From a virus (Duplodnaviria > Caudoviricetes), in IMG/VR virus record IMGVR_UViG_3300002026_000019, positions 5,684 to 69,683 of that record: a stretch of DNA of 64,000 nt, one strand, 5' to 3'. The position numbers and the translations under genes are program-made. Positions 41,741 through 50,657 of the stretch are shown here, piece after piece (positions within the stretch are counted from its first letter, which is position 1; each line of letters opens with the position of its first letter). Under the pieces are notes generated by a model. That model worked only from the letters and a program-made list of their open reading frames with translations, searched no databases and was not told the origin of the DNA.

Positions 41741-43102
41741 TTAATTCTGAAGTGCAAATCTGAATGCAGCTTTCTGTTTGTCAGTTTTCAGGCCAAGCAC
41801 CGCAGCGGCCTCTTCAAATTGTTGCAGTGAGAAGTGCAAATCATTTTTGTCTGCGTTTGGGACGAGCGAGAACTTGTACATATTCTTGCTCACGATTGGC
41901 TTGTACGTAAACAGTTGATGGTTTGCAAATTTACCTTGCTTGTTTATACCGATCACTGCGGATAGCAGACCGAGGATGGTCTTAACCATCTTCAGTTTTG
42001 CTGCTTCTGTCATGTCTGGATTATGTGTGATGAACAGGTCATCATTTTTCACGAGGGCGGCGACCACGCCCGGAACGGTCGTAAGACCCATGCTCTTTGC
42101 ACGATCAGTGTCGAACGGCAACGGCTGTTTCAGGTGATTGACTGCAAAATTGTTGTGCGTCAACAGAAGATCAATGCGCTTAACGGCAGCCTCGACTGTC
42201 TTGACTTCTTGACCAAGCGGGTACTTTCCGGGACGCTTGAAGTCCGGGAAACAGTTGACGTGCATAGTCATCATGCCTTGCTCGTTTATCACACCAGTGA
42301 CAATGAAATGGTACAGCGGATAAACAACGCCTGACTTGTCTTTGAAGTGCTGGAAGCTTCTATACTCACAGAAGTGCATCAAGCTATTGTCTTCTGGATC
42401 AGGAACAACATACGTTTGACGCTGCATGTTGTTGTAAGAACCACCGGGAACGATCTTGACCAAATGGCCTTCGATCTTGTCAATAAATGACGACAACTTC
42501 GGTGGTAAATGCTTTTCTGCAACCACGTTGAGTGCTTCAAAAGCATCATCCAACGTGTTGTCGTGATCTTCTTTCAACGCGGCGATGTTTGCCAGTGCAG
42601 CAGCGGCCTTCTTGTTTCCGGCAAACGTCTGCTTCAACATCGCTTCGACGGCGTCAAGTGCAACTGCGTTGTCGTACATCTTGTGAATGACAGCAATGTG
42701 CTTTTGCAGATCAGCAACTTTCGGCGGAATATACCTATCATCTGTGACAGCATTGGTTGGCTTGGTAATGTTTTCGTCACGCATGTCCATAACGAGTTCG
42801 TCTTGCACAAACTCGCTGTCGGCTTTCACGCCAGCTTTACGTGCAACTGGTGTTGCAAGCTTGGTTTTATTTGTTTCGTCCCTCGGAGGACGGCGGTCCA
42901 TCGTAACGCTTGGTGCCGACTTACCGGCACGACGTTGAATTGTTGATGACGTCGATGCTGACAAACTCTTGATGATGCGTTGTACAATAACGCTGCTGTT
43001 TTTGAATTCATACGCGATGTCTGAAACGACTTCAAGCAGGTCATTCAGGCTACGTGCAGATTTAATCTGTTCGAGACGTTTTGAGGACATAGTGGTCACC
43101 AT
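41741..43102 (-). CDS. Hypothetical protein, possibly virion-associated
   Basis: CTAATTT motif at 43119-43128 upstream; about 453 aa. Confidence 0.75.
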   Translation of the reverse strand: MVTTMSSKRLEQIKSARSLNDLLEVVSDIAYEFKNSSVIVQRIIKSLSASTSSTIQRRAGKSAPSVTMDRRPPRDETNKTKLATPVARKAGVKADSEFVQDELVMDMRDENITKPTNAVTDDRYIPPKVADLQKHIAVIHKMYDNAVALDAVEAMLKQTFAGNKKAAAALANIAALKEDHDNTLDDAFEALNVVAEKHLPPKLSSFIDKIEGHLVKIVPGGSYNNMQRQTYVVPDPEDNSLMHFCEYRSFQHFKDKSGVVYPLYHFIVTGVINEQGMMTMHVNCFPDFKRPGKYPLGQEVKTVEAAVKRIDLLLTHNNFAVNHLKQPLPFDTDRAKSMGLTTVPGVVAALVKNDDLFITHNPDMTEAAKLKMVKTILGLLSAVIGINKQGKFANHQLFTYKPIVSKNMYKFSLVPNADKNDLHFSLQQFEEAAAVLGLKTDKQKAAFRFALQN

Positions 43103-43159
43103 GTGAAAATGTACAACAAAATTAGCATTCAAACCAAGTTGCTACGTTTAGTACAACGC

Positions 43160-43184
43160 AAAAAAGCCCACCGAAGTGGGCTTT
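43160..43184 (-). terminator. Intrinsic terminator with C(UUCG)G loop after the H1-like gene
   Basis: AAAGCCCAC-TTCG-GTGGGCTTT-TTT. Confidence 0.85.
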
Positions 43185-43214
43185 CTTGTTCAATGCAACG
43201 TATCTTCGTTCGGA

Positions 43215-44081
43215 TTAGCCGAGACGCGGACGTAAGGTCTTCTTTGCAGCAGGCTTCGCAGCAACCTTCTTGGCCGGAGCCTTGACGGTGGGCTTGCGTG
43301 CGGCGGTCTTCGGTGCAACGTGCTTCACCGGCGGTTTGGCAGCAGCGGGTTTCTTCGCGGCAACTTTCTTGGCGGCAGGTTTCGCAGCAACCTTGCGTGC
43401 GGCGGGTTTCGCAGCAGCAGGTTTCTTCGATGCACCACGCTTTGCAGCAGCGGCCTTCAGTGACGCGTCGTACTTCGGTGCGATCTTGGCACGGAGAGCT
43501 GCGTGCTTGGCACGATGTGCAGCAACCGTCGAACGGTGCTTGGTAACGTGTGCAGCAACAGACTTCTTGTGCGCGGCGCGGATTTCCTTGCGTTGAGCGG
43601 GTGTCTTCGCCTTAGCAAGTTTGGCCTTTGCAGCGGTACGCAGTTTTGCAACGTGCGCCTTGGTAGCAGAAGCGGACTTGGCGATAGCGGCACGATGCGC
43701 AGTGCGCGATGCGGCAAGCTTGGCCTTGGCAGCGGACGGAGCAGCGGCAGCCTTCGGTGCAGTCTTCGCACGTGCGGCAGCAGCCTTTTGTGCCGGTTTG
43801 TCACCGTACAAACGCTTGGTCGTCTTTGCAGCCTTCTTTGCAGCGAGTGAACGTGCAGCAGGTGAACGTTTCTTCGCGGCCTTCTTTGCGATCAGTGAAG
43901 CGGCCTTGTTGACCTTGATAGCGCCGGTTGCCTTTTTGTGGCGAACAACAGCAGCTTTCTTCAGTTCAGCAGCGGACTTCTTGACGGGTTTGGCAGCAGC
44001 TTTCGGTGCAGCCTTCTTTGCAACAACTTTCTTTGCGGCGGGTTTCTTCGCAGCAGTACCAGCGCGGCGTGTGATTGCCAT
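43215..44081 (-). CDS. Histone H1-like Ala/Lys-rich DNA-binding protein
   Basis: AAKKPAAKK/KPAAKK repeats at both ends with a helical A/K/H/R core; AGGAG RBS. Confidence 0.85.
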   Translation of the reverse strand: MAITRRAGTAAKKPAAKKVVAKKAAPKAAAKPVKKSAAELKKAAVVRHKKATGAIKVNKAASLIAKKAAKKRSPAARSLAAKKAAKTTKRLYGDKPAQKAAAARAKTAPKAAAAPSAAKAKLAASRTAHRAAIAKSASATKAHVAKLRTAAKAKLAKAKTPAQRKEIRAAHKKSVAAHVTKHRSTVAAHRAKHAALRAKIAPKYDASLKAAAAKRGASKKPAAAKPAARKVAAKPAAKKVAAKKPAAAKPPVKHVAPKTAARKPTVKAPAKKVAAKPAAKKTLRPRLG

Positions 44082-44321
44082 GATTCAATCTCCTAGGAGG
44101 TAAGGTTTAAACAATTCAGTTCAACTGAGTAAAGAAATTAGTGTCGACAGCAAGTATTTGCAAACTGCCACCGAGCACAACGTGCAACGAGTGAAACAAA
44201 CTTCTGAAACAAACGCCGCACTATGTATTGGTACGTTGTACTGTACCAACTCGGTTGTGAGCGAGGAAACAATACGCATCGGTGCGGTGACAGATTCGAC
44301 AACTATTTCAATCTGCACAGC

Positions 44322-44334
44322 TACTAATTAGTAT
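44322..44334 (-). promoter_or_regulatory. Palindromic TACTAATTAGTA copy of the CTAATTT motif
   Basis: Perfect 12-bp palindrome about 240 nt upstream of the H1-like gene; a second motif copy lies at 44135-44144. Confidence 0.5.
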
Positions 44335-44347
44335 TATTTTTCAAAAC

Positions 44348-45418
44348 CTACAGGATGGGAAAACCCTTAGCAATGTACTTCCACGCTTCTTGTGGTTGTG
44401 CAATACGTGTGTTTACCGCCCAGTCCAGATTGCGGCCGTCAGACGTTCTCAAATAAGTCACGTCAACAATGCGCAAACCAATACCTTTCTTCGGCAACCA
44501 CAACAAACTTCCAACTGTAACTTCCTTAATGAGCATTGGCAGTACCACATTCAGGTTGCCAATTGTTTCAAATTGCGTCCAGTCTGTCTGCTTTGATAGT
44601 TGTGCGATGTTTGCAACAACTTCTTCGGAGCCAAGATCAAACACAACTACAACATGTGTAAACTCTTCCGCTGTCGTGCGAATGCGAATTGTTGTTCCAG
44701 CGACAGACTTGAGATACGCAAGTGTGCACTGCACGCCCGGTGCGACATAAAGCACATCATTTAGCAGGTCGTGGTTGCACCTGACACTGAACGACACGCT
44801 TTTGAAGTACTTCGGGACAAACATATCGAATTCAACAAACCCATTACGGTGCAAACGACTAAATGAGTGAGGAGCAGCACTGCGGTCAATGTTGAATCCT
44901 GTTTGCTCAACAACATGGTGCGTCGTAAAGACATAACGCTTCTTGCCATATTGTTCAAAACCGGGAATAAAGCCACTGCGGTAACAAATGCCACAATCAG
45001 GGCTTGATTCAAGAACTTGGTTTGCGTGAGGAATAACACCGTCGTCGAATGCGTAATCGTCATTGTCACCGCCAAGTTGTTCTTCTTCAAAGCGTGCTTC
45101 GTGTTGTTCACCAAACAGCGGCTTTGACCAATCAATTGAAATCTCATGCTCTTCGTTGATACCGCTCATTGTTGCACGTGCAGTTTGTGCAGAACCAAGT
45201 TCAGTGTCACGTTGCACTTCACGACATGAACATGCAGTTGACGACATGAGTTTCAGGTACAAGTACACCGGATGGTTGTCAACACCGAGTGCATTTAGCC
45301 CTTGACGTTGGTACGGTTGCACTGTCTCAGTTAATCGTCTCTGTGCTTGCTCTTGCGTATAGTTGCGTGCATGAATACGTCTATTGTTCGGAGTACCACG
45401 TTGTATCGTCATGGTCAA
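44348..45418 (-). CDS. Putative head completion/neck protein with Cys motifs
   Basis: ACSC...DCGICYRSGFIPG pattern as seen in myovirus neck proteins; CTAATTT motif upstream. Function is inferred. Confidence 0.55.
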   Translation of the reverse strand: MTMTIQRGTPNNRRIHARNYTQEQAQRRLTETVQPYQRQGLNALGVDNHPVYLYLKLMSSTACSCREVQRDTELGSAQTARATMSGINEEHEISIDWSKPLFGEQHEARFEEEQLGGDNDDYAFDDGVIPHANQVLESSPDCGICYRSGFIPGFEQYGKKRYVFTTHHVVEQTGFNIDRSAAPHSFSRLHRNGFVEFDMFVPKYFKSVSFSVRCNHDLLNDVLYVAPGVQCTLAYLKSVAGTTIRIRTTAEEFTHVVVVFDLGSEEVVANIAQLSKQTDWTQFETIGNLNVVLPMLIKEVTVGSLLWLPKKGIGLRIVDVTYLRTSDGRNLDWAVNTRIAQPQEAWKYIAKGFPIL

Positions 45419-45439
45419 TTCCCTTCAGTATATGGATGA

Positions 45440-45466
45440 AAATTAGTATTTGAATACTGTAAATAG
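45440..45466. promoter_or_regulatory. Back-to-back divergent motifs: CTAATTT (minus) and ACTGTAAATAG (plus)
   Basis: aaattagtat-ttgaa-tactgtaaatag between divergent genes. Confidence 0.5.
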
Positions 45467-45552
45467 AACTGGATGTGAAAACTAATCTGTTTTGACCGCA
45501 TTTCCAAAACAGGGGTGCACAACATAATTTGTTTGCACTTAGGAGAGACATA

Positions 45553-47136
45553 ATGGGAAAGCAATGGACAGCAGCTTCATACAAAAGACGATTGCTTGAA
45601 AAGTTTGGACAACCTGTAAGGATTGCAAAGTTCAAATCAATCTACACGCCTCTCAAGCACGAGTGCACTGAATGCAAGTCACCGTTTATTGCACGCCCCG
45701 CCGCGCTTCTATATGAAAAGACGCACGCAACGTGTATAAGGTGTTCGCGCAAGCGCACCGCGAACGGTCAAAAAGAAACGCCGAAAGTGTTTCTCAAGAA
45801 GCTGAGGAAAAAGTTCAACTACATTGAGTGCGTGGATTATGTTGCAAACCACTCAATGTCAAAATTCAAATGCACGTGCGGACACGAGTGGGAAACAAAG
45901 CCTTACGAATTGCTGAAGTTGAAGCACGGGTGTCCCGACTGCGCAAGCGTGATGCAAGGCCAAGCGTCAAAGCTGTCTGACTTGGAAATCGTCGAAAAGC
46001 TCAAAGCAAACAACTCGACAATCAAGTTCATCAAGTCTGTAAAAAGCGGACAGCCAAACCGCAGGGCAACGTTTAAATGTAGTTGCGGACATGTGTGGGA
46101 CACAACAATGTCTGGAATTATTCATGGGCGGAGTGGTTGTCCAAAATGCTACCTAGAGCGCACGACCGAAATACTGCCATCTGACAGGTTGTTCACGCTT
46201 GGTGACCGCGAAGTCGTCGTTCAAGGATATGAGGATGTTGCACTTAGCCACTTGTTGCAAAAGTTCAAACCGTCACAAATCAAAGTAGCGACCGAAGGCA
46301 TTAAGGTCGTGACTTATATACTGAATGGCGTGTATAGGTCGTACTACCCAGACATACAAATAGGTAAGACGCTCATTGAAGTGAAGTCAACGTACACGCT
46401 GTTTGCCGACTGGAAGAAAAACATGGCAAAGGCAAAGGCGTGCATCAAACAAGGGTTCAAGTTCCGAATGCTTGTTCCTATCGAAGTCAAGCGTGATTTG
46501 TTCGAGGTTGTTGAGCTTCCACAGGTTTGGACTTCTTGGTCTGAAGAACAGGCTGACAGCTTTATACAGGCTGAACTTGTCGACGAGCTTCGCGTCATCT
46601 GTTTCGATCCGGGGGTTGAGAATTTTGCGTGGTCAGTCCTAAACATAACCAAGCCTTTCAAAGTTGAAGTCATTGCAACTGGAATGATGCAAAGACCTAT
46701 GAGAAAGTTGACCGGAAATGTTATGGACGAGGCCGAACCGTTCATTGCGGAAATACGAGAGTTGCTGGACAACTACAAACCAAACCGCGCGATTGCGGAA
46801 AGGTTCATGTCCAGAGGGTTGAAGGGGACGACAATAGAACTAGTGAACATAATGATTGGCATCATCTACGCAAACCTGAAAGGCGAAGCGTCTAGAAAGT
46901 TCACAGTGATTCCAGCAGCGCAGTGGAAAAACGCGTGGAATAGGGTGATCGACCTAGAAGGATTTTACGCCAAAGTTTCATGCGCAGTGCACCAAGCCGA
47001 CTCCATCGGGATCGGACTGTATGGTGCGTACAAGTGGTTAAACCAAACGCCGTATCACAACCTGACGCAGCTTTGTAAATCTCTGCCAAGACAGATAAGC
47101 ATCGCCAACGTCGAAGTCACGGCAAAGAAGCGGTAG
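45553..47136 (+). CDS. Zn-ribbon plus PD-(D/E)XK endonuclease fused in frame to a RuvC-like Holliday junction resolvase
   Basis: Three Cys units, QGYEDVAL, YYPDI...IEVKS, then VICFDPGVENFAW...IAERF...WKNAW...HQADSIGIG. AGGAG RBS before ATG 45553. Confidence 0.82.
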   Translation: MGKQWTAASYKRRLLEKFGQPVRIAKFKSIYTPLKHECTECKSPFIARPAALLYEKTHATCIRCSRKRTANGQKETPKVFLKKLRKKFNYIECVDYVANHSMSKFKCTCGHEWETKPYELLKLKHGCPDCASVMQGQASKLSDLEIVEKLKANNSTIKFIKSVKSGQPNRRATFKCSCGHVWDTTMSGIIHGRSGCPKCYLERTTEILPSDRLFTLGDREVVVQGYEDVALSHLLQKFKPSQIKVATEGIKVVTYILNGVYRSYYPDIQIGKTLIEVKSTYTLFADWKKNMAKAKACIKQGFKFRMLVPIEVKRDLFEVVELPQVWTSWSEEQADSFIQAELVDELRVICFDPGVENFAWSVLNITKPFKVEVIATGMMQRPMRKLTGNVMDEAEPFIAEIRELLDNYKPNRAIAERFMSRGLKGTTIELVNIMIGIIYANLKGEASRKFTVIPAAQWKNAWNRVIDLEGFYAKVSCAVHQADSIGIGLYGAYKWLNQTPYHNLTQLCKSLPRQISIANVEVTAKKR

Positions 47137-47140
47137 AAAA

Positions 47141-47674
47141 ATGACTAAAGCAGACGACCACCACATACAATGTCCGTTGGTAGATTGGTTTCAACCAACG
47201 GCGTGCACAATTACAACGTGCAAAAATTACACAAATGTCACTGCACATCGGTGCATGGAGGCTGACAGGAAGCGTCCTGAAGGTGCAAAGATAATCAGTG
47301 ATTCTGAATTGAATTTGTACAAGATGGGCAAGCGTCAGATAAGCACGCGGTTGGTGCAGATTCATCGCAAGACCGCGACACAAGACGTTAAGGCTATTTT
47401 GATTCTGCGCGAGTTTATCGCTTACATCGAAAAGAATTTCGATAGCGGTTGCACGTTTGACAGACCTGAAATGATGCGTCTTGAAAAAGAATACCCACTT
47501 CGGATCAAGCGTCTTGGTTGGAAGAACTGGATGTGGGAATATGTGTTGGACGAAAAGCTGTGGAGGAAGTTTGCAGAAATGATGGGCGGTGAGTGCATCG
47601 AGTTCAACGTTCACCAAGTGTTGTCGATAAACCTAACAAGGTTTGAAAAGCTGTTGCAGGAATTCAATTCTTAA
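47141..47674 (+). CDS. Hypothetical protein with N-terminal Cys cluster
   Basis: Follows the resolvase stop by 4 nt. Confidence 0.7.
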   Translation: MTKADDHHIQCPLVDWFQPTACTITTCKNYTNVTAHRCMEADRKRPEGAKIISDSELNLYKMGKRQISTRLVQIHRKTATQDVKAILILREFIAYIEKNFDSGCTFDRPEMMRLEKEYPLRIKRLGWKNWMWEYVLDEKLWRKFAEMMGGECIEFNVHQVLSINLTRFEKLLQEFNS

Positions 47675-47695
47675 TCACACAAGGAAGCAATAAAC

Positions 47696-48280
47696 ATGAA
47701 GCCACAATTTATCACAATCTCGCAATGTGAGAATGCAAAGTCCTCAAGCGTTTGGGCGCTCAACAACACCGGCGGAACCGGTCGCGTCAAAGGTGTCATA
47801 AACATCACGATCACCGAAGGCAATGGTCGTGCTGCTGCCATCAAAATCCACGACACCAAAATCCCGGTTGACATGACAACGCAAGCGACAAAGTCAGCAC
47901 TGCTGATGTCGCCGGACTTCCGCCGTCTTGTTAGCTCACGCGTCATTACGTTGATTTCTGAAGAAGATGCAATGGCAATGCTTGACAGTGACGAAGCACG
48001 TGCCGAACAACGTCGCATCTTAGATTACGACTCATCGCCGGTGAATGGCATTCAGCCTGACGCTCCGGTCGCCGCGAAGACGATCATGGACCAAGCGTCT
48101 GGTGAAATTGGCGGATTTGCAATGAACCTCGCGCACACGACGGAAGGTGACGAAGAAGCAATTGTTGCCAGTCTGCGCAACAACAGTGAATCGCTGACAA
48201 AGCTCGAACTGCAATACATCGTCAACAACTCGACGTTTGCGAAGGTCAAGGGACTCGCTGCCGAACTCGCAGTCGCATAA
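47696..48280 (+). CDS. Hypothetical protein
   Basis: AAGGAAG RBS; biased codon usage; terminator follows. Confidence 0.78.
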   Translation: MKPQFITISQCENAKSSSVWALNNTGGTGRVKGVINITITEGNGRAAAIKIHDTKIPVDMTTQATKSALLMSPDFRRLVSSRVITLISEEDAMAMLDSDEARAEQRRILDYDSSPVNGIQPDAPVAAKTIMDQASGEIGGFAMNLAHTTEGDEEAIVASLRNNSESLTKLELQYIVNNSTFAKVKGLAAELAVA

Positions 48281-48296
48281 TCAAACGCACAACGAC

Positions 48297-48337
48297 AAAA
48301 AGCCCCACCAACCTCGCAATGAGTTGGTGGGGCTTTT
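48297..48337. terminator. Bidirectional terminator between convergent genes
   Basis: AAAAAGCCCCACCAAC...GTTGGTGGGGCTTTT. Confidence 0.85.
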
Positions 48338-48345
48338 CCGTTGGT

Positions 48346-49398
48346 TCAACCGAAATTAAAGAATACGTTTGGGGGATCATTCGGCTTATCTTCACGTCCG
48401 GCAATGACGTTGAGCATGCGCAAATGATTTTGCATCTGGTCAATCTTTAACCGAAGTTGCAACCGCGTTTGCTGCAAGACCGCTTCACGATTCTGTTCGT
48501 ACAACGTCAGCAACTTGTAATCATTGCTTTCACGAACAGCCGCCAACTGACGTTCGGTGTTTCGCAACTCTTCAATCTCTTGTTGCAAGCGTTTGAGAAT
48601 CTTCGACAAGATGCGTGACACGGTTCCGCTGATGTAATTCCATATTTCCAGCAGACCGTCGTAGTCATTCTCTTTCTGATATTGCTTTGCAGACCTGAAC
48701 AGTTGGTGGTACTCGGGATCATCCGTCTTATCAGGGTGTGTCTTGTTTGCAATCTTGCGGAACAGCTTCTTGACCTTTTCGCTAATCAAGACGCGCTCTT
48801 CAAAAGATTCCGGTTCCTCGTACGCGTCGTCTGCACTCCTAAACTCTTCAAACTTGTCGTCGAATTCAAATTCTTTGTCGAGGTCGTCAGGATCACGCGG
48901 CTGGTTTGTTTCGGTATTGGATTCGTGAATCGCTGCGGTCAATTCCGCAATCTCACGTTCGCAACGTCGAAACTCTTCAACCAGATCAGCGTTGTGCTTA
49001 TTCAGCGTCGAACTAAAATCAGACAACCGTTTGACGATCTTGTTCAACGCTGTTTGCGCCTTCAGCTTACGTTCAATGACGTCCTCCAACTTTGACTCAG
49101 TCTCGTGTTGGTCGACAGATGGTTCATCACTGGTGCGCTTATCATTGGCAGTCTCGTGCACGACAATGTGCGATGTGACGACCAACGCACGACACGTGCT
49201 GAAGTGAGATTCGATATACTCATTCCAACCGCGCCGTGCACGCTCACGCCTTTCAGATGTTGATTCGCCCGGCCATGCTTTCAGCACCGGACTGCTTTTC
49301 TGACAACTCTTGCAAAAGACGTAGGCTTCAAACCCATAAATCATGTAATCGACTTCACGACTCCCACAAAAGCATTTGCGTAGTCCAAAGACTTCCAT
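48346..49398 (-). CDS. Lar-like Zn ribbon plus coiled coil plus DnaJ J-domain protein
   Basis: KCFCGS...FCKSC...ARRGWNE at the N-terminus; VKKLFRKIANKTHPDK (HPD motif). Confidence 0.7.
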   Translation of the reverse strand: MEVFGLRKCFCGSREVDYMIYGFEAYVFCKSCQKSSPVLKAWPGESTSERRERARRGWNEYIESHFSTCRALVVTSHIVVHETANDKRTSDEPSVDQHETESKLEDVIERKLKAQTALNKIVKRLSDFSSTLNKHNADLVEEFRRCEREIAELTAAIHESNTETNQPRDPDDLDKEFEFDDKFEEFRSADDAYEEPESFEERVLISEKVKKLFRKIANKTHPDKTDDPEYHQLFRSAKQYQKENDYDGLLEIWNYISGTVSRILSKILKRLQQEIEELRNTERQLAAVRESNDYKLLTLYEQNREAVLQQTRLQLRLKIDQMQNHLRMLNVIAGREDKPNDPPNVFFNFG

Positions 49399-49402
49399 TG
49401 CG

Positions 49403-50245
49403 TCACCTCAGTACGTTGCGGATCATGCTGCGCGTCGATGTGAATTCTAGTTCTTTGCACAAGCGATCCAACTCTGGTTGAAGACCTTTCATTTCAACAT
49501 CGTCCAATGTCAGGTCTGGTAAGAAATCTGTCCGAAGCGTTATCAACTTACGTGATAGGCTGAGGAACGGCTTTGCGTTCTCAACGTTGATCTTCATCTT
49601 CGGTGTGAACTTTTCGTTCTTGATAACCGATGCTAGTGTCTCGTGCTTGTTCAGCCACTTAGCTGCTGTCTTGTCACCCACCTTGTTGATGCCCGGTATG
49701 TTGTCCACCTTGTCGCCAAGCATCATAAGGTAGTCAACCATCTGGTCAGGCCGAACACCAAAATGTTCAAAGACTCCGTCGGGATCAAGCACAACGTTCT
49801 TTGGACGTAGCAGGTGGACTTTCTTATTGACCATTGCTGCAAAGTCTTTGTCATTGCTTCCGATGTACGTGCGTTTGGTTTTCCTGTACAGCGTTTGCAC
49901 GACGCTGCCAATCATGTCGTCACCTTCAACCCCGCGACGACCAAGAACCTTAATGCCCATTGCTTCAAGAAGACGCTTGCATGGTAGCACTTGCGGCCTC
50001 AACTCAGTGTCGCCCTGACGTTGTGCTTTGTATTCAGGATACAAGCGGTGTCTGAAATTTTGGCCCGGTCGGTCGAAGACTACAGCGCAGTGAGTTGCTT
50101 TCGTGTTCTTGATGTCAGCAAGCAAAATCGAAATCAGTCCGCGAATGGCGTTTGTCGGAAGCCCGTCGGAGTTGGTTAAAAGTGGAACTGCGAAATGACC
50201 TCTGTGAAGAAAATTCATTCCATCGGCGACGAGTAAGACAGTCAT
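49403..50245 (-). CDS. 5'-3' exonuclease/flap endonuclease (Pol I N-terminal, T4 RNase H-like)
   Basis: VADGMN, VVFD...FRHRLYPEYKAQR, EGDDMIG, SNDKDF, LGDKVDNIPGINKVGDKTA. Confidence 0.95.
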   Translation of the reverse strand: MTVLLVADGMNFLHRGHFAVPLLTNSDGLPTNAIRGLISILLADIKNTKATHCAVVFDRPGQNFRHRLYPEYKAQRQGDTELRPQVLPCKRLLEAMGIKVLGRRGVEGDDMIGSVVQTLYRKTKRTYIGSNDKDFAAMVNKKVHLLRPKNVVLDPDGVFEHFGVRPDQMVDYLMMLGDKVDNIPGINKVGDKTAAKWLNKHETLASVIKNEKFTPKMKINVENAKPFLSLSRKLITLRTDFLPDLTLDDVEMKGLQPELDRLCKELEFTSTRSMIRNVLR

Positions 50246-50293
50246 TGCAAACTCCAAAATATGTTGGGCGACCTGAGTCGCCCATTTAAGTTA

Positions 50294-50596
50294 CTACCGA
50301 TGGTTGTAGAACGGCCTGAATGGTGCAACGGCCCGTGGCTTTTGCGGTGGTGCTGCTGCTGCCTCTGCTGAAACTTTCGCATGGTACTCTGCTGGAGTCA
50401 TGCGGCTCAACTGTTGCTGTTGCTCTACGTCTTTGCACTTGTAGCAAGCCGTGGAACGTGCGATCCCACACACACTCTTTTCATTCCGCTTTCGAGAGTC
50501 TTCACATGACGTGTTGAGCAATGTCATGTGAAGCTTATCACAGGTGAAATAAAATGGCTCGACTTTTTCTGTTGATGTTGGTTTATCGGTTTTCAT
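50294..50596 (-). CDS. Hypothetical Cys-containing protein
   Basis: CTAATTT motif at 50637-50646 upstream. Confidence 0.6.
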   Translation of the reverse strand: MKTDKPTSTEKVEPFYFTCDKLHMTLLNTSCEDSRKRNEKSVCGIARSTACYKCKDVEQQQQLSRMTPAEYHAKVSAEAAAAPPQKPRAVAPFRPFYNHR

Positions 50597-50657
50597 GGTT
50601 TCAGGTCTTGGTTATTCTGTAGAGGAAGGAACTCTAAAATTAGTGACCAGCTTCCAC

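Noticed and set aside
43215-44081. Repeats in the H1-like gene, or the 15- and 18-bp tandem repeats, as a CRISPR-like array
   Set aside because: They are in-frame coding repeats with no unique spacers and no cas genes.
43270-44103. Several plus-strand and alternate-frame ORFs over the H1-like gene, and similar long antisense ORFs (19366-20172, 24 kb, 25800-26534, 27506-28237)
   Set aside because: They are shadows of biased minus-strand codon usage (few antisense stops), with no RBS or protein-like features.
46590-47136. RuvC domain with upstream Zn ribbons as a TnpB/Cas12/Fanzor-like RNA-guided nuclease
   Set aside because: The RuvC motifs are contiguous as in resolvases, not split by a Zn finger, and no array, ncRNA region or IS ends are evident. 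The upstream part is a separate PD-(D/E)XK nuclease.
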